NCBI RefSeq assembly: GCF_009914755.1
Contig: NC_060935.1
Reading direction: 5' to 3' (one strand)
Length of the DNA: 64,000 bases
DNA from: the human T2T-CHM13v2.0 reference genome, Homo sapiens
Part shown: one piece after another, positions 1-19,599 of the stretch
Layout of the letters: every line of letters begins with the position of its first letter
Numbering within the stretch: the first letter of the stretch is position 1
Notes under the pieces: generated by a model
What the model was told of the DNA's origin: nothing
The model's database searches: none
Seen by the model: only the letters and a program-made list of their open reading frames with translations
Translations under genes and position numbers: made by a program

Positions 1-654
1 CCTCCTGGGTTCAAGCAATTCTCCTGCCTCAGCCTCCCAAGTAGCTGGGACTGATTATAGGCACCTGCCACCACACCCAGGTAATCTTTTGTATTTTTAG
101 TAGAGACAGGTTTCACCACGTTGGCCAGGTTGGTCTCGAACGCCTGACCTCATGATCCACCCACCTCAGCTTCCCAAAGAGCTGGGATTACAGGCGTGAG
201 CCACAATGCCTGGCTCCACCACTTTCATCTCTAGTTTTTAATTTAACTCCAACACTTGGATCTCTAGTTCTAACCTCCTTTCCCTAATTTCCACCTGCCT
301 CTTGGATAATGCCAGTACTTCAGAAAGGTCTACAACCAAACTTCTATCTTATCCTCCCTCACCTTCAGACTCTACTTCTGTTAACCATGCTGGCACTGTC
401 CTAAACAAGCTGTAAATATCCTTCTGCCTATCAGTTTCCAAATGATTTTGGTTCAGCCTTTACATTTGTCTCCCATCAGACTCTACTGTATACTAAGAAT
501 GTCATTAAAAAACAAAACAAACAAACAAAAAAAAAAACAGAGTTACTGCCTAAGGCTGGAGTTGGGGATAGGGAACTGGATGGGTTCAAGCTGTGTAGGT
601 AACAACCTTCCTCACTATACCATCCTCAGTACACGCCCCTCATTCAACACAAGC

Positions 655-875
655 TCATGATTAAGAGCAAGAACTCTGGAGCTAATCTGCCTGGATTAGA
701 TTCTCTGCTCTACCATATCTAGCGTTAGTTCTGTGACCATGGGCAAGTTACGGGCCTCAGTTTCCTCATTAGTAAAATACTGCTCATTATATGGTTATTA
801 TGATGATTAAATTAATATATAAAGTGCTTAGAACAGTGCCTGGCACAGAGTATGCACTATAAAGGTTAATTGTTA
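655..875 (+). mobile_element. MIR SINE
   Basis: MIR core GGGCAAGTTAC...GCCTCAGTTTCCTCAT and 3' AAAGTGCTTAGAACAGTGCCTGGCACA. Confidence 0.75.
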
Positions 876-1049
876 TTCAGAAAGAGATTATCTTGGTAGT
901 GATGGGGAAGGGAAATAACAGAACCTCTATGGGAAAAAGGTGAACAGTAGTTTCTAAAAGACCCTCTCCCTAAAACACTAGTTGAGAGGTACTGCTCTAG
1001 GCTAGAAATCCAACACTGCCCCAGACATGAGACAAGTCATCTTCAGATC

Positions 1050-2828
<1,779 letters not shown>

Positions 2829-3301
2829 GATCCAAGGGTGGGGAGCAATCCAGTTACAATCCATTATAGATCAAACATTACCTGCAGAAAAAAGACATCT
2901 ACAAAAACTTTTTGTTGGCCCACACTGTTCTTTAAAAGAAAATGCAACTACTATGCAAATCGTGGGCTTTTTTTAAATACATGGAGCTTGGCACCTATCA
3001 TTTTTTATGCAGACTACTTCAAGAATTTACATTATCTACCTGGCCCCTGAAGACATCTGAATTTGCTGTCCTAGTTAATGTCCTGGGCTCTTACTTTCAC
3101 TACCTATGGTTCTTATCCTTAAGGGGCTATAGGCAGACCCCCAAATTCTGGTATACCTGGTACCACATGAAGGTTTGCCCTTTACCTTTCGGTTTGTGGC
3201 AGTGGAGGTCATACCAGAGCTTCAGCAGCTTTTCTGGTTGTTTTTCACAGTCTCACTGGGAGAAAGACCATATAAGTTGGCTTATGCTTTACAAGCCATC
3301 A

Positions 3302-6748
<3,447 letters not shown>

Positions 6749-7989
6749 CTATTAAATTTTAAATTACTTTTTTCCCCTTTTTGATTCTTCTGTTATTCCA
6801 ATCATAGATAATGCATATATTATGACATATACACATATTTTGAAATTTTCTGCTTTAGGATTATCTGTCTGCTTTTCTCCCAGCAGCTACTGGCTTTCAG
6901 AATAAGAAATGACTTAGTTCTGATTCTTCCACAGAACAGTACTGGGCATCAAAGCTAGTACTATCTTTGACCTTTACTGAAATTCAATAAGATCTAGAAT
7001 GAAATACAGACCAAATTATGCAAAGATGAATGGTTACTAGACCCAATATTGATTCATCTGGAAAATTTACAGATGCTTCTAGAAAGTAAATCTGTTGATC
7101 TGGGTTTCAAAGGTTTGAGTCTATACCTTCAACATGCAAAGCTTATGACTCACGGCTTAGAGGAATGGTTATTCAGAGTTCTTGGGATAAGGGATGGCTG
7201 TGTGTGTGTATATATACATATATTTATAAACATAAATATAGACCTTTTTTCAGATCAATATTTTCAAAGGGATAAAAGAATGAACTAGCCTCAGAAGACA
7301 AAAAAAAGCTGCAGAAGAGAAAAAAACGAATATTGCAATATACGAATATCTAGGAAATGCAGAGCACTTCGTCGGAGCTCAATAAATTCTAGCTGAATTG
7401 ACTTTGAGAGCCGTTTTAGTTCTATACCTCACTGCTCAAACCGCAGGCATCACCATGCAACTTATCGGTTTACAGCTGTGCTGTGGGTACCATCTGAAAA
7501 TCTGGAAATGATTAGCTTATGCAAAACAGCCATAACCCCCAGAAACCAGGCGCTCTCCACCACTTTACCATTTAAGTCTTACACCGCTCTTGCGACTGTA
7601 AGCGAACTGACAAACATCTACTGACCAAATGGGACCTAGATTTTAAACAAAGACTGAAATCTGGAAGGCTACAAGTAAACAGAAGCTGAAACTAGCTCAC
7701 CTATTCTGTTGGCCAAGGATTTCGTGGAATCTGCTAAACTTCTCTTCCCAAAAGATGATACCTATCCCCTGGGAGGTGATAATTTAATCACCTCGGTGGC
7801 TGAGTGGGTGGGGCCGAGTCAGAGAATTCTTTCAAGAAATCGCTAAACGTTTGACTTGAAGATCGATGAGAAGCCAGCCAAAAAGCTATCAAGCCAAGGA
7901 CCCCAAACCCCCTAACTCCCTTACATACATATTTCCTTCCCAATCTCTAGGCTGAAGTTTATGTGGAAGCCAAAAACTACCAGCGCTAG

Positions 7990-9060
7990 AATCCACAGCG
8001 TGCCAGGCACAGCTCACTCACGGCTTTCACGCAATTCTAGCTACAACACCCAAACCGCAAAGTCCCTGTTGCAGGGGTAAATAAGCCGGCGAAACCCATT
8101 CACAGGAAGGCTCCCGCGTCTCGTCCCAAGCTCTTTTCTCCCGAGTTCCCAAGAGTATAAACCCAAGAAAAGGAAATAAGGCGTCCGGGTCTTTCCTCTC
8201 CCGGAGCCGATAGGCGGCTGCCCAGAAGTTCCATGGGCCACACACATTCCGAACTTGGAAGACTAGGGTCCCCTACATTGATGCCCCAGCTGCTACTTAC
8301 CGGCACATTGTTGACACCTTGTCCCTTGGAAGCTATCATGAGAATTTCTCTGAAGTCCATGTTGGGCCGAGGCGGGAGAGACTGGGCCAGGCACTCGGAA
8401 AGGACTGACAGCGCACCTAACCGAGGCGCCCAGCTACAGCCAACTGCACTGCCTCGGGAGCCCCACTCCCACCCCGCCTCTGCGGGACCACTTCCGGCGC
8501 CTTCCTATGCCGTCTGCCCGCCCCCTTCCCTCCACGGCCTATATCCTTTCAGGGCCGCCACAGCGCTCGCGAGTCCCTGCGTAACTTCCGCTTTTAGGCC
8601 GAGACACGTACAAACGTCATACGTGGCTGCTGGCGTCGACCCGAGGGGCAGGGACTAGGCATTTTAGCAACCAAGGGGGTGTGGCTAAGCGAGAGAGCGG
8701 CTTCCCTGGTGGCCCGGGCGCGCGGTCTTGTCATCTTGTTGCTCCTTGTGAGCGCTGGGTAGAGAAAGTGAGGGGGTAGAGGGTTTACTTGCCAGGCCTG
8801 GGTTCTCTGGGTGTCACGGGTAGGCGTTTAGATCCAAAACGGCGGCGCCACAACAGCTGAACAGACGGATCTCGAGCCGGGGTTTGGGCTACTTGTGTCT
8901 AGGCGCTCGCGAAGCTGCGCAGGCGCACACAGCAGCGCCGTGGTCCTGTCTTGGATGCCCATTACTCATCAAATTCGGCCACATGCCGTGCGCTTACCTC
9001 CTACTCAGATGCACGCGTGCCGGGGATGGGGGCACGCGCTTACTTCTTTTGCCCCGTTTA
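7990..9060. promoter_or_regulatory. CpG-island promoter and 5' UTR of SPTY2D1, probably bidirectional
   Basis: High GC and CpG density. ETS/GABP motif CACTTCCGG at 8489-8497 and AACTTCCG at 8583-8590, CGCG-element palindrome CTCGCGAG at 8566-8573, RFX-like TAGCAAC at about 8665, NRF1-type TGCGCAGGCGCA at 8916-8927, and GC boxes. Confidence 0.85.
8301..8360 (-). CDS. SPTY2D1: SPTY2D1 (SPT2 homolog, histone chaperone) first coding exon, 20 codons
   Basis: Minus-strand ATG at 8360 in a strong Kozak context (CCCAACATGG) encodes MDFREILMIASKGQGVNNVP, which I recognise as the SPT2/SPTY2D1 N-terminus. It ends exactly at a consensus donor CCG|GTAAGT (8300-8295, phase 0) and lies in a CpG island. Confidence 0.93.
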
Positions 9061-9478
9061 GAAAGTAAGTTTTATGTGGAGCAGCCAACCTGTGTTTTTG
9101 CTCAGGCAATGGATTAAGGAATTTCACATACAGACCCAGCCTTGACATAACTTTGGTGTACTGATGAACATATGCTTCATATTCATATTCATTGGGATCC
9201 TAGTCCTGACTTCTTTTGGAGAGTTATCTTGGATCTGTAAGGTCATTTCGACTTAGCAAAAACACTGAAAATAATTAGGCAAACCTGGGTCTGCAAGTGG
9301 GAACCCGCCAGGGGATTGATAGCAAACAGGTACTCGGGATCTTTTCGGTGGGATGGAAATGCCTCCAAACTGGATTGTGGGGATGGTTGCACTATACATG
9401 TACTAAAAATCGTACACTTAAGACGGGTGAGAATGATACAGTATGTAAATATGTCAAGCTGTTAAAACATGCTAGACA

Positions 9479-9869
<391 letters not shown>

Positions 9870-11037
9870 TTATTTTGCGCCTTAAAAGAATGTTATTATG
9901 GAACCTGAGCTACATAACAGGCAGCTGCGTTTGTTCCTCTGATTATAGATTAGCCTTTCTTTCCTACATCGTTTTGTGAAAACACAGGGAGAAGACAGCC
10001 ATGTACAAACCAAGGAGAGAGACCTCAAGGTAACCACACCTTGATCATGGAATTCTAGCCACCAGAATTGTTAAGACAATAAATGTCTGTTGTTTAGGCC
10101 ACCTAGTCTGTGGTACTTTGTTATTGGCAGCCCTAGCAAACGAATACACTGGCATATGGTGTTTTCAATTAATGCCAACCATCATTTCTCAAGGAAGCTC
10201 TTCCTGAGCTATCTCAGGGCCCCTTTTATAAATTCTTAGAGCCCCCCAGTATTTCCCTTCATGCAACATTTTACAGTTTGTAATTACATATTTGTTCTTT
10301 TTTTTTTTTTAAACTATTGGCTATATCTGTGATAGACAGAGCTATGAAAATGGGCATAAGCCTATTTTACCCATCACTATTTGCATCACCAGCACAGTTC
10401 CCTGCTAATGCACATAAAAGTTGCAACAAAGATTTTTTGACCAAATTAATGAATCAATAAGTGGAAAGCTCCCAAGATTCAATATTGTAGTACTTAGCAT
10501 ACATTGAGCCATTACTATATGCTTAGTGCTTGACATGGATTATCTGACTTGATCATGAGTGTTGTATAAGGCATTTCCTGTTACTGTTTTATAGATGAAA
10601 AGCTGAAGCTTGAAGAGATGAAATTAGACTTATACTGTACCATTAGTCAATCGGAGAGCCAAGACTAGAACCCTTAGATTACCCAAACCAGACTCTATAT
10701 TTCAGTTAGCCCATTTGAACTGGTACAAGTCTATGTACATGGAGTTATAATGTAAAAAAGGGCTTGGATTAGGTAACTAATACCTAGTTAGTCAAAATCA
10801 AGAACAACTGCTGGAGGTGGGAATGAGGTAAGGAATGAGAGGAGCAATTTTCCTGTATCCTTGTAAAACATTCTATCATCGAGTTCAGCAAATACTTCCT
10901 GGGAAACTACTACTGTGTGCCCAACCTTATGGATGATACAAAGAAAGACCCATATCCTGCCTGCCTGATCAGAACTTTTAATTCTTGTGTGAACACAAGT
11001 AACAATTATGTAAAACAGAAAGTGCTAACTGTATTAG

Positions 11038-11484
<447 letters not shown>

Positions 11485-11583
11485 AAGTGTTGGAATTCCA
11501 GCTACAACATTACATTTAGAGAGTGTGAAAAGCACATTAAAGGGTTGAAAGAACAAGTAGTGGGTGTATTTAGGAGAATGCTA

Positions 11584-12083
<500 letters not shown>

Positions 12084-12462
12084 TTAGGCAAGTTTCTGTT
12101 TTGTACTTTTTGATGTATGGCACAGTATTTGAATATAAGGTTTGATGTAAAAAATTTTCAAACAAAAAAATAACATAAAGCTCCCATCAGCCTCCCTCAA
12201 TCTCATCTCCCTCCCTAGAGGATATTACCATATAAAGTTGCTGAGTGTGCTTCTGAGATGTTCGTGTACACAAAATTATGCCTAATGTACAATATATAAT
12301 GTACATATATAAATGTTCTATATATATATGTAGGATACATAGAACATATAATATTAGCATATCAATATAAATCTAGGATATGTATCTTTGAAAACATGTA
12401 ACTTGGTTGTGTGTCCTTGGTTTATTTATAGAAATACACACACACACATACATATGTATATG

Positions 12463-13477
<1,015 letters not shown>

Positions 13478-13550
13478 TATGTAACTTGGGTTTTCTCTTG
13501 TTTCAATTTAAAATATGTCTTATAGCTGTTTTCATGTCAGTACAAATTGA

Positions 13551-13808
<258 letters not shown>

Positions 13809-14618
13809 TAACCATGTTGGCCAGCTGGTCTCAAACTCCTGACCTCAAGTGATCCACCGGCCTCGACCTCCCAGAGTGCTGGGATTACAGGCGTGAGCCA
13901 CTGTGCCTGGCCCAGAGTATGTATTTAACATAGTTTATTTAACCACAGGACTATTAATGAATTGTAAGGCTGCTTAAAAATGTTTATTATCATGAACAAT
14001 GCTGCCATGAATGTCCTTGCACATGCTTTTTTGTGCAAATACTGATCATGTTTCCCTGTGTTAGATATTTAGATACTTAGAAATTGGATTGGGGGGATGA
14101 AGGTATGTACATTTCAAATTTTAATAGCTACTACCAAGTTGTCCTCCAAAAAGGGCATACCAATTTAGATTCCCACCAACAATATATTGGAGCTATTGGA
14201 GCACCCTTTTCTCTATACTTCATCAGATCTGGATATTATTAAACTTAAATTTTTGTCAATTTCATGGGTGAAAAATATCTCCTTGTTGTTTATTTTGCAT
14301 ATCCTTGATTACCAGCTAGCATCTTTTCTTATGCTACTTGATAATTTTTTGGGCTTTTTTCTTCTTTAAATTGTTCACATCTGCAGTGGGTATTTTGATT
14401 TCTTTGGCATCAATCTCACTGTCTCTCCCATCATACGGCAGAAATTCCATCTGGGTGGGATGGACCCCATTCCCAAACTCTAGGGTAGCACCACCAACCC
14501 CTGGCTATAACCTAATTAATATAATTTAATCACCATTTCCCATGATTAAGTCAAAGAAACTATTCTATCCAAGCCTAAATCAGGCAGGAACAACATATCC
14601 CTCAAACAGTAGACATAA

Positions 14619-14953
<335 letters not shown>

Positions 14954-15034
14954 TAAGCCACCATACCCTGCCTAAAAACTTTTTTTTCTTTATGGTTTGA
15001 CTCTGGGAAAACCTATTTTATTTTTTACCAAGTA

Positions 15035-15345
15035 TGTCAACAAAAACAGTTAAACTCTGTAAAATATCTGAAGATATTTATTCTGTGCCAAACACGAGTG
15101 ACCATGGCCCATGACACAGTCCTCAGGAGGTCCTCAGAACATGTGCCCAAGGTGGTCGGGGTACAGCTTGATTTTATACATTTTAGGGAGGCATGAGACA
15201 TCAATCAAATACATTTGAGAAATACATTGGTTTGGTCCAGAAAGGCAGGACAATTTGAAGTGGGCAGAGGGTGGGGAAGTGGGGAGACAGTGCTTCCAGG
15301 CTATAGGTAAATTTAAACATTTTCTGGTTTACAGTTGGTTGAGTG
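15035..15345 (-). mobile_element. MER4-family LTR fragment
   Basis: TGTCAAC...AAACTCTGTAAAATAT...GTGACCATGGCCC...AGAACATGTGCCCAAGGTGG resembles the reverse complement of the MER4 LTR 3' end. Confidence 0.65.
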
Positions 15346-15486
15346 GGCCAGGCATGGTAGCTCACGCCTGTAATCCCAGTACTTTTGGAGGCTGAGGCAG
15401 GCGGATAAATTGAGGTCAGGAGTTTGAGCCTGGCCAACATGGTGAAATCCCGTTGCCACTAAAAATACAAAAATTAGCTGGGATTA

Positions 15487-15723
<237 letters not shown>

Positions 15724-16806
15724 CTATCCCTCCCCACCCTATATTCCCCAGGTTGCCACCTCAGAGGCAACCATTCTCAAGTCCTCTTGATGCTTCCCTC
15801 TTATTCAAATTTGACATGTCTAAATAGTATCTTTATTGTTTGCTATGTCTTGATTTTGCAGTCTTATTAATTGATTTATTTTAGAGATGAGGTCTTGCTC
15901 TGTCACCCAGGCTGGAGTGCAGTGGTGCAATCATGGCTGCAGCTTCAAAGTCCTGGGCTCAAGCGATCCTGCCACCTCAGCTGCCACAATAGTTGGGACT
16001 TGATGGATGACATCTCACTGTGCTAGATAAGGATGTAGCTTTCTCATTCCATCCCTGCCTACCCTACTCCTGTAATCTCTCAACATAGATAATGCCACAG
16101 TGTTTTAGAAAGACAGTAGTCCACATGTACAGTATTCTTATGTAACTATTGTTTACTGTTGAGGCACATAGTATACTACAAACATGTCTCCTTTTATGTA
16201 CAACTCATTTTCTTAGAATCAATAATTGCCTTGTTTATTCACTTGTCGGTTTTCATGGACCTGCTCCTAATTTTCTCCACATGTTAAACATTTCTGTCAC
16301 ATGCCTAGCAATAACATTTCCTTTTTTTTTTTTTTTTTTGAGAGACAGAGTCTTGCTCTGTTGCCCAGGCTGGAGTGCAGTGGCACGATCTTGGCTCACT
16401 GCAACCCCTGCCTCCCACGTTCAAGCTATTCTCCTGCTTCAGCCTCCCTCCTGAGTAGCTGGTAGCTGGGATTATAGGTGCCTGCCACCATGCCCAGCTA
16501 ATTTTTTTTTTTTTTGGTAGAGGCAGGGTTTTACTATATGGTTGGCCAGGCTGGTCTCGAACTCCTGACCTCAAGTGATCTGCCTGCCTAGGCCTCCCAA
16601 AGTGCTGGGATTATGGGCATGAGCCACTGCACCCGGCCCCCACTGAACTAATAATTATCGTGAGTGTGGAGTTTATCATTTCCATGCACGTGTTTATACT
16701 TTTACTACATAGTATTCTTTAGGTTTAAATTAGTTTGAGTTAGGGCCAGGTACAGTGGCTCACTCCTGTAATCTCAGCACTTGAGACAGTTGAGGTGGGT
16801 GGATCA

Positions 16807-17052
<246 letters not shown>

Positions 17053-17100
17053 TTAGGTTTTCTGTCATTTGCAATTAAAGTAAGGATACAATACTTTTTG

Positions 17101-17186
17101 AAGAGGAAAAGGAGGAAGAGGAGGAGGGAGAGGAGGAGGAGAAGGAGGAGGAGGAAGAGGAGAAGAAGGGGGAGGAGGAAAAGGAA
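17101..17186. repeat. GA-rich polypurine tract
   Basis: About 85 nt of only A and G in (GGA/GAG)n-like units. Confidence 0.9.
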
Positions 17187-17342
17187 TTCAGTAGGACTGA
17201 AGTGCAGAGATGTTGAGCGCCATGAAGCATGAGAAGGGTCCTTTGGACTGAGATTTGTAGTTAATTGTTGATTTCCTAGACAGTAGTTTCAGTAGAGTAT
17301 GGGAGGGGGCAGTGCAGAGCCCAGGTTACAAGGGGAGAAGAG

Positions 17343-17772
17343 TGTCAGGCCTCTGAGCCCAAGCTAAGCCATCATATCCCCTGTGACCTGCACGTATACA
17401 TCCAGATCGCCTGAAGCAACTGACGATCCACAAAAGAAGTGAAAATAGCCTTAACTGATGACATTCCACCATTGTGATTTGTTCCTGCCCCACCCTAACT
17501 GATCAATGTACTTTGTAATCTCCCCACCCTTAAGAAGGTTCTTTGTAATTCTCCCCACCCTTGAGAATGTACTTTGTGAGATCCATCCGCTGCCCACAAA
17601 ACAGTGTTCCTAACTCGACCGCCTATCCCAAAACCTATGAGAACTAATGATAATCCACCACCCTTTGCTGACTCTCTTTTCGGACTCAGCCCACCTGAAC
17701 CCAGGTGAAATAACAGCCATGTTGCTCACACAAAGCCTGTTTGGTGGTCTCTTCACACGGACACATGAAACA
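17343..17772 (+). mobile_element. HERV-H 5' LTR (LTR7)
   Basis: TGTCAGGCCTCTGAGCCCAAGCTAAGCC...GAAACA, with internal CTTTGTAAT(T)CTCCCCACCCTT repeats. Confidence 0.95.
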
Positions 17773-17774
17773 TT

Positions 17775-17792
17775 TGGTGCCGAAGACCCGGG
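17775..17792 (+). promoter_or_regulatory. Primer binding site (tRNA-Phe-like rather than His)
   Basis: TGGTGCCGAAGACCCGGG begins 2 nt after the end of the 5' LTR. Confidence 0.8.
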
Positions 17793-18349
17793 TCAGTGGG
17801 ACTCCTTCGGAAGACCAGTCCCCTGTCCTCACCCTCACTCCGTGAAGAGATCCACCTACGACCTCGGGTCCTCAGACCAACCAGCCCAAGGAATATCTCA
17901 CCAATTTTAAATTGGGTAAGCGGCCTATTTTTACTCTCTTCTCCAACTTCTCTCACTATCCTTTGACCTCTTTCTCCTTTCAATCTTGGTGCCACCCTTC
18001 AATCTCTCCCTTCTCTTATTTTCAATTCCTTTCATTTTCTGGTAGAGACAAAGGAGACACATTTTATCTGTGGATGCAAAATTCCGGCGCCAGTCATAGA
18101 CTCGGGAAGGCAGCCTTCCCTTGGTGTTTAATCATTGCGGGGACGCCTCTCTGATGATTTACCCACGTTCCATTGGTGTCTGATCTCTATGGGGACGCCT
18201 GCCTTGGTCATTCACCCACATTCCCTTGGTGGCAAGTCAATTGTGGGGACACCTGCTTTGGCTGCTCGCCCACGTTGCAGCCCAGGGCTGCTCCCCACCC
18301 CCCCCTCCGTGTCTCTACCCTTCTCTTTAAACTTGCCTCCTTCACTATA

Positions 18350-19555
18350 GGCAACCTTCCACCCTCCATTCCTCCTTCTTCTCCCTTAGCCTGTGTTCTC
18401 AAGAACTTAAAACCTCTTCAACTCTCGCCTGACCTAAAATCTAAGCATCTTATTTTCTTCTGCAACACCGCTTGGCCCCAATACAAACTTGACAATGGTT
18501 CTAAATGGCCAGAAAACAGCACTTTTGATTTTTCCATCCTACGAGACCTAGATAATTTTTGTCAAAAAATGGGCAAATGGTCTGAGGTGCCTGACATCCA
18601 GGCATTCTTTTACACGTTGGTCCCTTCCGAGTCTCTGCTCCCATTGAGACGTGTCCCAAATCTTTCTTCTTTCTCTCCTGTCTGTTCCTTCAGTCTCCAC
18701 CCCAAGCTCTGAGTCCTGTGAATCCTTCTTTTCTACGGACTCATCTGACCTCTCTCCTTCTCCCCAGGCTGCTCCTCACCAGGCCAAGCCAGGTCCCAAT
18801 TCTTCCTCAGCCTCTGCTCCCCCACCCTATAATCTTTCTATCACCTCCCCTCCTCACACCCAGTCTGGCTTACAGTTTCGTTCCACAACTAGCCCTCCCC
18901 AACCTGTCCAACAATTTCCTCTTAAAGAGGTGGCTGGAGCTAAAGGCATAGTCAAGGTTAATGCTCCTTTTTTCTTTATCTGACCTCTTCCAAATCAGTT
19001 AGCATTTAGGCTTTTTTTCATCAAATATAAAAACCCAGTTCATGGTCCATTTGGCAACAACCCTTAGACGCTTTACTGACCTAGACCCCAGAGGAAGGCC
19101 GTCTTATTCTCAATATGCATTTTATTACCCAATCTGCTCCCAATATTAGAAAAAGCTCCAAAAATTAGATTCCAACCCTCAAACCTCACAACAGGACTTA
19201 ATTAACCTCGCCTTCAACGTGTACTGTAATATAGTAGAGGCAGCCAAGTAGCAATGTATTTCTGAGTTGCAACTCCTTGCCTCCACTGTGAGACAAACCC
19301 CAGCCACATCTCTAGCACAAAGAACTTTCAGATGCCTGAACCACAGCTGCCAGGGGTTCCTCCAGAACCTCCTCCCCCAGGAGCTTGCTGCAAGTGCCAG
19401 AAATCTGGCCACTGGGCCAAGGAATGCCCGCAGCCTGCGATTCCTCCTAAGACGTGTCCCATCTGTGTGGGACCCCACTGAAAATCAGACTGTCCAACTC
19501 ACCCAGCAGCCACTCCCAGAGCCCCTGGAACTCTGGCCCAAGGCTCTCTGACTAA
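18350..19555 (+). pseudogene. gag: HERV-H gag remnant
   Basis: MA-like LIFFCNTAWPQYKLDNGSKWP, PPPY late domain, zinc knuckle CCKCQKSGHWAKEC at about 19386-19427 and a second broken knuckle CPICVGPH*KSDC. Multiple stops and frameshifts. Confidence 0.85.
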
Positions 19556-19599
19556 CTCCTTCCCAGATCTTCTCGACTTAGTGGCTGAAGAGTGATGCT

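Noticed and set aside
8100-8360. 86-aa ORF as a complete protein
   Set aside because: Only the first 20 codons are exonic. The rest is read-through past the GTAAGT donor into intron 1.
8233-9117. Plus-strand ORFs (141 aa and 77 aa) in the CpG island as a divergent gene
   Set aside because: Stop-poor GC-rich sequence with no recognisable homology or exon structure.
15750-15772. Hairpin GGTTGCC-N8-GGCAACC
   Set aside because: A 7-bp stem is expected by chance in 64 kb and there is no supporting context.
18110-18280. Three imperfect repeats of about 55 bp (GGGGAC(G/A)CCT...CCCAC.TT) resembling a spaced array
   Set aside because: Normal HERV-H leader repeats, not CRISPR-like.
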